A stretch of DNA of 17,136 bases from Thermodesulfobacteriota bacterium (GTDB taxonomy: Bacteria; Desulfobacterota; Desulfobulbia; Desulfobulbales; SURF-16): positions 1 through 17,136 of the forward strand of contig JBFMAY010000058.1 of the NCBI GenBank assembly GCA_040755455.1. Reading direction: 5' to 3'. Positions 1-7,426 of this stretch are shown one piece after another (positions within the stretch are counted from its first letter, which is position 1; every line of letters starts with the position of its first letter). The notes beneath the pieces were generated by a model that worked only from the letters and a program-made list of their open reading frames with translations, was not told where the DNA came from and did no database searches. Position numbers and translations under genes: made by a program.

Positions 1-104
1 ATACAAATAGTCCGACTGGCGAATCTCCGGCAACATTGATTGTCCCTCCTGGTGTTTTTATCCAGAATACCAGAGAAGGCCTGTCGAAATCAATAGCAAA
101 TTAA
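1..104 (+). CDS. Possible 3' end of an ORF entering from the left edge (hypothetical)
   Basis: The frame starting at position 3 is open (TNSPTGESPATLIVPPGVFIQNTREGLSKSIAN) to TAA at 102-104, followed by AT-rich spacer. No family recognised. Confidence 0.3.
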   Translation, partial: TNSPTGESPATLIVPPGVFIQNTREGLSKSIAN

Positions 105-217
105 AATTAAGTTACGTTGTAGGGTTAATATTGTGCCAGATAATAACGATTTTTCGGTTAAGGACTTTTGGAAATATCTTGACCATGATTTTTAGGAAAT
201 TTTTAGATAATTAACTG

Positions 218-248
218 AACAAAAGTCAAGGGCAGACCTGACCCCTTT
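218..248. repeat. Left arm of 31-bp imperfect inverted repeat
   Basis: AACAAAAGTCAAGGGCAGACCTGACCCCTTT matches the reverse complement of 745-775 at 27/31 positions (manual alignment). Confidence 0.85.
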
Positions 249-284
249 CCTTTTGTCCGTCTATAGGCGGTGTTATAGTCCAAC

Positions 285-731
285 ATGTCTGGAATATTAG
301 AGATGTGGATGCTTATCACTCTTTGGATATTAATATTAGCTTTCAACGCAGCATATACTTTTCTACCCGAAAAAGTCCAAAGCAAAAAATGGGTTAGAAT
401 ATGCGCTATAATTGCTTCGTTGATAATTCTTTTGTATGGCTCTTACAGTCCCATCCATTCTTATCAAAATCGCATCTATGCCGTTGTAAAACCAGATGGC
501 ACAATATCTGAGGCAAAAAACTTCCCATGGCAAATTACGAAAACAACAGATAATGATGGCAAAATTAAATATATTATTAACGAAAAGCGCGGAGATTCAA
601 CCGATGTTACTGTTTTCACAAAAGATTATTCAAGGAACTATTCTGTTATCTCAGTATGGGGAGGAACAGCAATAGAATTTAATTGTCCGGCGAACGAAGT
701 TCCTGAATTTACAATAAAAATAAGAAAGTAG
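285..731 (+). CDS. Hypothetical membrane protein, 148 aa (two N-terminal hydrophobic helices plus a small soluble domain)
   Basis: A 447-nt open frame in AT-rich DNA (20/60 G+C in 301-360), where long chance ORFs are unlikely. Hydrophobic stretches MWMLITLWILILAFNAAYTFL and WVRICAIIASLIILLYGSY. The start could be 285 or 303. Confidence 0.75.
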   Translation: MSGILEMWMLITLWILILAFNAAYTFLPEKVQSKKWVRICAIIASLIILLYGSYSPIHSYQNRIYAVVKPDGTISEAKNFPWQITKTTDNDGKIKYIINEKRGDSTDVTVFTKDYSRNYSVISVWGGTAIEFNCPANEVPEFTIKIRK

Positions 732-744
732 ACTATAAGAGAAA

Positions 745-775
745 AAAGGGGTCAAGTCTGCCTTTGGCTTTTCTT
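745..775. repeat. Right arm of 31-bp imperfect inverted repeat
   Basis: AAAGGGGTCAAGTCTGCCTTTGGCTTTTCTT; its reverse complement matches 218-248 at 27/31 positions. Confidence 0.85.
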
Positions 776-901
776 GTTTCTTGTGTCTTTTGAGGTCGGG
801 CCAGGACTATGCTGGTGTTCTGGAAACAGCAACTTATCGTCGCTGAATTGGATATGCCCCCAAAACAATCCGGCACCTATCCCATCATGCCGAAAATCAG
901 T

Positions 902-1894
902 TCACGGCATGAAAAAGATGAGATTGTAAGAGACCAGGAAAAGGGGCACGGTGAAAAGGGACAGGATATATTGCACAAAAAGCGCCCGGGAGGTGAGATG
1001 GACATCGCCCCCGTATTCCCGGGCAACGACAATGTGATTCAAGGCAGCCGGCATGGTTGACTGGAGCATCAGGACAAAGGCGAAGACCGGGTCGAGCCTG
1101 AATGTCGTGATGACCAGCAGGGTGATGGTTGGAATGAGCAGCATCTTGATGGCGCAGCTGCCGGCAATCATGATTTTCCCTGTATTGAGCGGCGGCAGTT
1201 TTTCAGCCAGCGATCCACCCAGGACGATAAGGACCAGGGGAATGGTGGTCTCGCCCACCGCGGTCAATGCCTCCTGCAGGAGCGGCAGGGCGTTGAAAGC
1301 GGATTTTACAGAAGAAAATAGGAAAAGCAGCGAGGCGAGCGTGGCCAAGATGGGAGGGTTTGCCATGTTTTTGAAATTCTGTCTGAAGTCGCCGGGGCAA
1401 TTGTTTCGTCCTATAAGCAGGACGCCAAGGGACCAGAAGATAAATCCCATCACAAACATATAAACGAAAGTAAAAAGAAGGCCGCTGGCATGCTGGCTTT
1501 CAGGCAGAACAGCGGTTACCAGGGGGATGGGCAGATAGCCTGAATTTTGCATGGAGGCGAGTGAGAGAAAGAGGCCCTGTTCTGGCTGCTCTTTTTTCAT
1601 GATGATCCTGCGGCCGGCAAGGGCAATGACCAGTCCGAACAGATTGAGGCCCAGGCCGGCCACCAGGCACCATCCCATCTGGGGAAGGAGAGAATATTGC
1701 AGCTTATTGCCAAGGGTGGCAATGATCAGGCAGGGCAGGGAGATGGCAATAACGAATTTCGAAAGACAGGCCACCGCCTGGCCGGTGAGAATATGCAGGC
1801 GGACAACGCTGTAACCCAGCAGGCTGATGAGAAAGAGCTTGCAGATGGCCTGCAGGAGAACAGTGTTTGCCGGTTGAAGGAGTTGGGAGAGCAT
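902..1894 (-). CDS. AEC (auxin efflux carrier / Mem_trans) family secondary transporter
   Basis: 330 aa with about 10 hydrophobic segments in two halves. Family-typical motifs LSKFVIAISLPCLI, NSGYLPIPLV, NPPILA, IPLVLIVLG, KMLLIP and MPAALN. Confidence 0.85.
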   Translation of the reverse strand: MLSQLLQPANTVLLQAICKLFLISLLGYSVVRLHILTGQAVACLSKFVIAISLPCLIIATLGNKLQYSLLPQMGWCLVAGLGLNLFGLVIALAGRRIIMKKEQPEQGLFLSLASMQNSGYLPIPLVTAVLPESQHASGLLFTFVYMFVMGFIFWSLGVLLIGRNNCPGDFRQNFKNMANPPILATLASLLFLFSSVKSAFNALPLLQEALTAVGETTIPLVLIVLGGSLAEKLPPLNTGKIMIAGSCAIKMLLIPTITLLVITTFRLDPVFAFVLMLQSTMPAALNHIVVAREYGGDVHLTSRALFVQYILSLFTVPLFLVSYNLIFFMP

Positions 1895-1962
1895 GGGTTT
1901 TTCGTTTCTGATTGCGTGTCTTTACATTCGTGAATTTTTCTGCAACGGTCCCGGCGACCCAT

Positions 1963-2775
1963 CTATGGAAAAATCATCTCCCGTTTGGCAAAGGGGCATA
2001 TGAAGCGCAACTGGTCAGCCACGAGCTGCAGTCCCTTCTTGTTCTTATTGCCGGTGCCGTAACGGGGATCGCCCATGACCGGGTGGCCGATGAGGTCGAA
2101 ATGGCGGCGGATCTGGTGGAGCCGGCCGGTTCTGATCCACACCACGACCTTGCTGGTGTTGGTGGCGGGATCATAGGAGATCGCCTCGTATTCGGTCAGG
2201 GCCGCCTTGCCGTCCAGGGGGAGATCGATGCGGTTTTCGGGCCGGTTAAGGAAATTGCCCAGCACCTCCACCTGGTAGCGTTTGGCAATCAGGTTGTTTT
2301 GAAAAAGCCGGGACAGTTCCATGGCCGCCTCCCGGCTGTGGGCGATGAGCATGAGGCCTGCCGCCTCCCGGTCGAGCCGGTGCACGAGATAGACCTGGCG
2401 CTGCGGCCGGAAAAAGAGCTCCGCCTGGCGCAGCAGCGCGCAGTGGTCGCCGTGCTGGGTGCCCTGGGCCATGAGTCCGGCAGGTTTCTCCCAGACGCTG
2501 TAATGCCCCTGATCACTCAGGCAGCGGGCCTGCGGCGGGACAAGGGCCAGCAGGCTCTCATCATAATAGATGGCAAGCCGGTAACCCGGCTGCACATTGG
2601 CCGTGGCTCGGCGCAGCCGCTGAAGTTTGCCCTTCCTTTTCCTGAGCCACACCGCGCCCTTGGTCATGGCCTCCTTGATTCTGCCCTTGGCGAGCCCGGT
2701 CCGCCGGGCCAGCAGATCGCAGGCCGTGTGCGGGTCGTCAGGTGTGACGGTTATTTCCAGGCTGAATTTTTCCAT
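1963..2775 (-). CDS. RluA-family RNA pseudouridine synthase with S4-like N-terminal region
   Basis: Motifs KPAGL, catalytic VHRLD, TGRLHQIRRH and GHPVMGDPRYG. ATG at 2775 preferred; the ORF track extends to a TTG at 2832. Confidence 0.9.
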   Translation of the reverse strand: MEKFSLEITVTPDDPHTACDLLARRTGLAKGRIKEAMTKGAVWLRKRKGKLQRLRRATANVQPGYRLAIYYDESLLALVPPQARCLSDQGHYSVWEKPAGLMAQGTQHGDHCALLRQAELFFRPQRQVYLVHRLDREAAGLMLIAHSREAAMELSRLFQNNLIAKRYQVEVLGNFLNRPENRIDLPLDGKAALTEYEAISYDPATNTSKVVVWIRTGRLHQIRRHFDLIGHPVMGDPRYGTGNKNKKGLQLVADQLRFICPFAKREMIFP

Positions 2776-2854
2776 GCCATTATGATTGCGGGGCGTTTCG
2801 CGAACCGCCCCTGCTGTGTGCGTTGTGGTCAATTGGTTTTTTTGCGGTTAGCCC

Positions 2855-3745
2855 TTAGGCCTTGTTCTGCTTAAAAATCGGCTCCAGGCCGCAGAGCTGG
2901 GCATAGAGGCCGATTTTCTCCTGAAACTGCTGGACATAGGGGCAGTCCCAGATGGCCAGCATCTTGGCGCGGATGACAAAGGCGGGCAGCATGCGGCCGT
3001 CGTATTCCGTGTCCAGGCGTGGTTCCCGGTCAAGCATGTAGGGGAAGATCTGCGGCCTGCGGCAGACATCGGGCCGGTCCGGATAAATGCGGCAGCAGCC
3101 GCTTGCGGGGTCAAGGCCCGGGCAGCGGCTATGGCGCGGCAGGATCATGCTCCAGCCCTTGCGCCAGCAGTAAAGAGCGGCTGGGTTGGCGTAAAAAGGC
3201 GCGCCGTCCACCACCAGGGGCGGCTCGTCATCAGGGGAGGCGGCCCTGGTCGTGTCATCATCGAAGCTGGGCAGGGCAAACAGGGCGGTTTCGCCTGGGG
3301 CCAGGGGGATTTCGAAAAACTCCTGCTTCTGCTCCGGCACGGGACCGGTGCAGCACAGGGTGCAGCCGCAGGGACCGCAGAGCAGGCTGTTGATCTCCTC
3401 AAGCTCCTGGGTCAGCACATTCTGGCTGATCCAGCCGTCGAGGGCGGTGAACTGGTCGGCGGGCTCCATGTTTGCATCGACAATGATCCGGCTCGGCTCC
3501 CAGGGCATCTTCAGCCGTTCAAAGGGCCGCAGGGCGTCAAGAAAAGGGCGCAGCAGGCGTTGCGGCTCTTCGTAACGGATGCCGCCCGTTTCCACCGGTT
3601 CGGCCAGCTCGGCCAGCAGGTCTTCCAGGGTGGGGAAAGGGCCGGTGACATAGAGCATGGCGGCCAGGCGGGCCAGCGGCAGGATGGGGTTTGCCAGCCG
3701 GTCGATGCCGGGCCGGCACAATGCTATCTGTTGGGTGGTCAGCAT
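2855..3745 (-). CDS. YkgJ-family (CxxCxxCC) cysteine-cluster, putative Fe-S/Zn-binding protein
   Basis: CGPCGCTLCC, then CPGLD...CRIYPDRPDVCR and a C-terminal DCP, the pattern of the PF03692-type family. Confidence 0.8.
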   Translation of the reverse strand: MLTTQQIALCRPGIDRLANPILPLARLAAMLYVTGPFPTLEDLLAELAEPVETGGIRYEEPQRLLRPFLDALRPFERLKMPWEPSRIIVDANMEPADQFTALDGWISQNVLTQELEEINSLLCGPCGCTLCCTGPVPEQKQEFFEIPLAPGETALFALPSFDDDTTRAASPDDEPPLVVDGAPFYANPAALYCWRKGWSMILPRHSRCPGLDPASGCCRIYPDRPDVCRRPQIFPYMLDREPRLDTEYDGRMLPAFVIRAKMLAIWDCPYVQQFQEKIGLYAQLCGLEPIFKQNKA

Positions 3746-3821
3746 GGCAATACATACCGGTTTTTCATGGGGATTTCAACCATAACCCCGCATTTTTCAC
3801 CAACGGCCGGCTACACTCTTC

Positions 3822-3850
3822 TTGACCGCAAAGCCGCCTGAGACTATAGT
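3822..3850 (+). promoter_or_regulatory. Putative sigma70 promoter for tatC
   Basis: TTGACC (3822-3827), 17 nt, TATAGT (3845-3850), 65 nt upstream of the tatC ATG. Confidence 0.6.
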
Positions 3851-3915
3851 GGCATTTTTTGCCGCATGTCCCTGAACCTCTCAACCCCAACCATTGACCG
3901 GTTAAGCAGAAAGTA

Positions 3916-4655
3916 ATGGAAACCATGGAAAAACAGGCGCTGACCGAGCATCTGCGGGATCTGCGCACCAGCCTTGTCCGTTCCCTGATTGCCGTGGCCG
4001 TGGGGTTCGGCGTTTCCTATTATTTCATTGAGCATATCGGCGCCTGGTTTGTGCGACCGCTGTTTGAGGTGTTGCCCAAGGGTTCCAGTCTGATCTTCAC
4101 CTCCTATCAGGAGGGCTTTTTTTTTATCTGAAATTAGCCCTGGTGAGCGGTGTTCTGCTGGCCAGCCCGGTCATCTTCTGGCAGATCTGGGCCTTTATCG
4201 CGCCGGGACTCTACCGGGATGAGAAAAGGGTGGTCCTGCCCTTTTCCCTGCTGTCATCCGTCTGTTTTCTCGGCGGGGCCTGTTTCGGCTACTACGTTGT
4301 CTTTCCCCCGGCCTTCCGCTTTCTCATGGGTTACACCACTGATTTTCTGCGCGCCCTGCCCACGGTGACGGAGTATTTTTCCCTCTGCCTCCGCCTGCTG
4401 ATCGCCTTCGGCGTTATCTTTGAAATGCCGGTCTTCATGGTGCTGCTGGCCAAACTGGGCATCCTCGACCGGCCCTTTCTGACCCGCAACCGCAAGTATG
4501 CCTTTCTGCTGTCCTTCATCATTGCCGCCATCCTCACCCCCACCCCGGATGTGGCCAACCAGCTGCTCATGGCCGTGCCGCTGGTTATTCTTTATGAAAT
4601 AAGCATTGTTGCGGTCTGGCTGTTCGGCGGGAAGCGCATCGCTGAAGAGCAGTAA
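3916..4655 (+). pseudogene. tatC: Twin-arginine translocase subunit TatC, split by a 1-nt frameshift as written (may be a sequencing artefact)
   Basis: The 5' part has LTEHLRDLRTSL; the 3' part has PVIFWQIWAFIAPGLYRDEK, FGVIFEMPV, AAILTPTPD and PLVILYEISI. The frames join if the T9 run at 4117-4125 is T10 (…QEGFFFYLKLALVSG…), giving 246 aa. Confidence 0.92.
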
Positions 4656-4729
4656 CAATTCAGCGGGATCATCCAGTCCGGCAGGATACATGGGACATTG
4701 TTTGGTAAAAGCCCTTCCTGTCTCTGCCA

Positions 4730-7414
4730 TCAGGCAGGTTTTCGCAGCCAGAACTTATACATCCCGACAAAGCTTTCGGGGTATTTTTCCTCGTACTGAT
4801 GCCAGCAGGCCAGACATTGTTTGTGGCGGTCATCCGGGAAGAGGGTTTTGTATTGGGCAAACAGCTTGGGGTCTTCCGAGACAAAACCAAGAAAGACAAG
4901 GCCAAGCTGCCTGATCGCCTCTTCCAGTTGCATGGTGGTGAAGCGGTGCTCCTGGACGTGGAAAATGAGATCGCGGCACATGGATAAGGTGTAAAAATCG
5001 TGCCAGCCGGTTATTTTTTTGCTGGGTTTCTCCTCCCGCAGGGCAAAGAGGGCCTGCCGGCACTGGCGGATGCCGGCAGGCGAAGAGTCGTAACCATGGG
5101 CGGCAATGAACTCTCGCGCAGCCACCACCGGCTGGCGGGCGATTTCACTGTACAGGCAGATTTGCATGAACCCGCCCGGTCGTAAAAGATCGGTGAGGAC
5201 CCGCCAGCCGGCCATGGGGTCCCGCATATGATGCAACACCCCTGAACATTGAATAAAATCAAATTGTTTTTGCAGGGCGGTTAAGGCAAGGATGTCGGCC
5301 TGGGCGAATTCCATATTATTGATGTTGAGTTCATTTGCCTTGCGGACAGCATAGGCAAGACTGGCAAGGCTCAGGTCAACGGCGAGAATCCGGGCGCCTG
5401 AGTAGAGCCGGGCTGTCTGGATGGCTTCCCGGCCGGTCCCGCATCCGGCCACCAGGATTTCCGGCTGGGCGGGAACCGCAATGCCATCCCAGGCAAGGGT
5501 CGGAAAGTGGGACCGCAGTTTGATGGCAAAAGGGCTGGGGTGTCCTGTCACGGGGATATCCGCCCAGCGCGGATAAGGGTTCTCCTCGTATTGCTGGCGG
5601 ACCTTCCGGGAAACGGCATCCTGGATGGGAAATAATTGTTTGATCTCTTTTCTGATCTTCTCTTCGGCAAGCGGTTCCATGACCTGCCGTATGATGACCT
5701 GCCGGACCGGGGGCTGCTGGAAGCCGCTGTCTGTAACAAGACGTTCAGCGTGGTTCACCTGATATAACGGCATGTAGCAGCCCAGGAGAGAAACCTTAAA
5801 TGGGCAGAGCGGGCCGCCGCCGGCAAGGGCTTCCGCCATTTCTTTTTTTAGCCGGCTGATGTGGCCGGTTTCCTCCCCGGACTGAAAGTGGACATACTCA
5901 TTGGTAAAACATTGCAGGGCCAGCGAGGAGGTGAAGAAAGAAAGGGCCATGCTGGTTTTTTCCGGGACGGATCCTTGCGCAATGTGCAGGAGCAGTGCTT
6001 GGCGTATTGTCGTCAGGAGCTGTTCCAGTTCCGGGTCAACAACAACCGTGTGCCGCAGGATAAGATGGAGCAGGGGTGAGTTGAGCAGGGGCAGTTCGCC
6101 GCTCAGGATTTTTTCCGCGAGCAGGCCGGGGCGGTCCGCCATGGCGAGGGCGGCCCCCCAAAAAGTTTTTTGTTTCAGACGGAAAATGCTCACCGCCGCC
6201 AGGGAAGAACGATCAATGCCCTCTGTCGCCAGGCAGCTGATCAAGCTGTCCTCCAAGGAATCGCTCTGCGCGGAGAGAGGGATTTGTTGAAGGCATTGCG
6301 CCAGGGTTTGCCAATAATATGAAATAGCCGGGGCCAAGTTCCTCGCCCGCTCACAATACGGCAGGGCTTCCACCGCCTTGCCTTGTCGCAACAGGTTCAA
6401 GGCAAAATTAAAAAAATACGATGCATCATCCGGGGCAAGTGCAATCACTTGCCGCAGGAGGGTTTCCGCTTCCTTTTCCTGCCCATCTCGGGAATAGGAG
6501 AGGGCAAGATTGTTGAGCGCTTCGATATGCTGCGGTTGCTCCTTGAGGATGTATTGGTAAAGTCGCTCCGCCTCCCTGGTGTTGCCAAGGTTTGTGAGGG
6601 AGACGGCCAGATTGAACAGCACCTGCAAGTTGCCTGGCAGCAGCGCAATGGAACGGTGGTAGCAGCGTACCGCTTCTTCCGGATTGGCCAGGTCGTTATA
6701 GACAAGGCCGAGATTGTTCAGGGCTTCTCCGTGGTTCGGGTTGATGGCGATGCTTTGGAGAAAAGCCTCCCTGGCTTTGTGTAATTGGCCGGTATGGTGA
6801 TAGGTGGTGCCCAGGGTATTGTGGGCTTCCGCGGAATTGATCCCATGCCGGATGGCTTTTTCCAGGGAGGCCGCCGCCTCGTCATACCTGGCGAGAGTAT
6901 GCAGGATAAGGCCGAGATTGAAGTGGGCCAGGCCATGGTCCGGTTGGCGGCGGACCGCTTGCTGGTATGCGGAAATGGCCTGTTCCGGCAAGCCGCCGTG
7001 ATAGAGGGCATTGCCGAGATTGAAGTGGGCTTCGGCAAAATCCGGCTGGAGTGCGGTTGCCCGTTCAAGAACAGGTATCGCCTCCTGTGGGCGTTGCAGA
7101 TTAACGAGGGCAATGCCGAGATTGCACAGATACAGCGATGAGGCGGGATTGCTGCGGGCCGCCTGGGCAAAGAAATCCGCCGCTGTCTCAGTTTTGCCCT
7201 GCTGGGAGGCAATAATCCCCAACTGGTGCAGGGCGTCGGCATGTTCCGGCTGGCAGGCGAGAACCTGCCGGTATTCTGTTTCCGCCTGATCCAGGCGCCC
7301 GGCGCGATAATGCTGACCCGCGGAACGCAGCAGGAGCTCCGCTTGTTGCACGCGGGCTGAGGGCTGTTTTGCCTTGTGGCGGTGCGGCGAGGCCGATGAT
7401 TTTTTTGGTCGCAT
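4730..7414 (-). CDS. TPR-repeat protein with C-terminal class I SAM-dependent methyltransferase domain (894 aa)
   Basis: About 10 TPRs in residues ~22-365 (e.g. AEAHFNLGNAL, AEAHNTLG). C-terminus has QYEENPYPRW, SAM motif I ILVAGCGTG, AVDLS, FDFIQCSGVLHH and LLRPGG. Confidence 0.9.
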   Translation of the reverse strand: MRPKKSSASPHRHKAKQPSARVQQAELLLRSAGQHYRAGRLDQAETEYRQVLACQPEHADALHQLGIIASQQGKTETAADFFAQAARSNPASSLYLCNLGIALVNLQRPQEAIPVLERATALQPDFAEAHFNLGNALYHGGLPEQAISAYQQAVRRQPDHGLAHFNLGLILHTLARYDEAAASLEKAIRHGINSAEAHNTLGTTYHHTGQLHKAREAFLQSIAINPNHGEALNNLGLVYNDLANPEEAVRCYHRSIALLPGNLQVLFNLAVSLTNLGNTREAERLYQYILKEQPQHIEALNNLALSYSRDGQEKEAETLLRQVIALAPDDASYFFNFALNLLRQGKAVEALPYCERARNLAPAISYYWQTLAQCLQQIPLSAQSDSLEDSLISCLATEGIDRSSLAAVSIFRLKQKTFWGAALAMADRPGLLAEKILSGELPLLNSPLLHLILRHTVVVDPELEQLLTTIRQALLLHIAQGSVPEKTSMALSFFTSSLALQCFTNEYVHFQSGEETGHISRLKKEMAEALAGGGPLCPFKVSLLGCYMPLYQVNHAERLVTDSGFQQPPVRQVIIRQVMEPLAEEKIRKEIKQLFPIQDAVSRKVRQQYEENPYPRWADIPVTGHPSPFAIKLRSHFPTLAWDGIAVPAQPEILVAGCGTGREAIQTARLYSGARILAVDLSLASLAYAVRKANELNINNMEFAQADILALTALQKQFDFIQCSGVLHHMRDPMAGWRVLTDLLRPGGFMQICLYSEIARQPVVAAREFIAAHGYDSSPAGIRQCRQALFALREEKPSKKITGWHDFYTLSMCRDLIFHVQEHRFTTMQLEEAIRQLGLVFLGFVSEDPKLFAQYKTLFPDDRHKQCLACWHQYEEKYPESFVGMYKFWLRKPA

Positions 7415-7426
7415 GTGCTGTGTTTT

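Noticed and set aside
218..775. Autonomous IS element, integron attC site or CRISPR repeat
   Set aside because: The enclosed ORF is membrane-protein-like with no transposase motifs. I saw no target-site duplication, no attC RYYYAAC/GTTRRRY pair around a long hairpin, and no regularly spaced direct repeats.
3850..3864. TGGCATTTTTTGC as a sigma54 promoter for tatC
   Set aside because: GG-to-GC spacing is 8 nt rather than the required 10.
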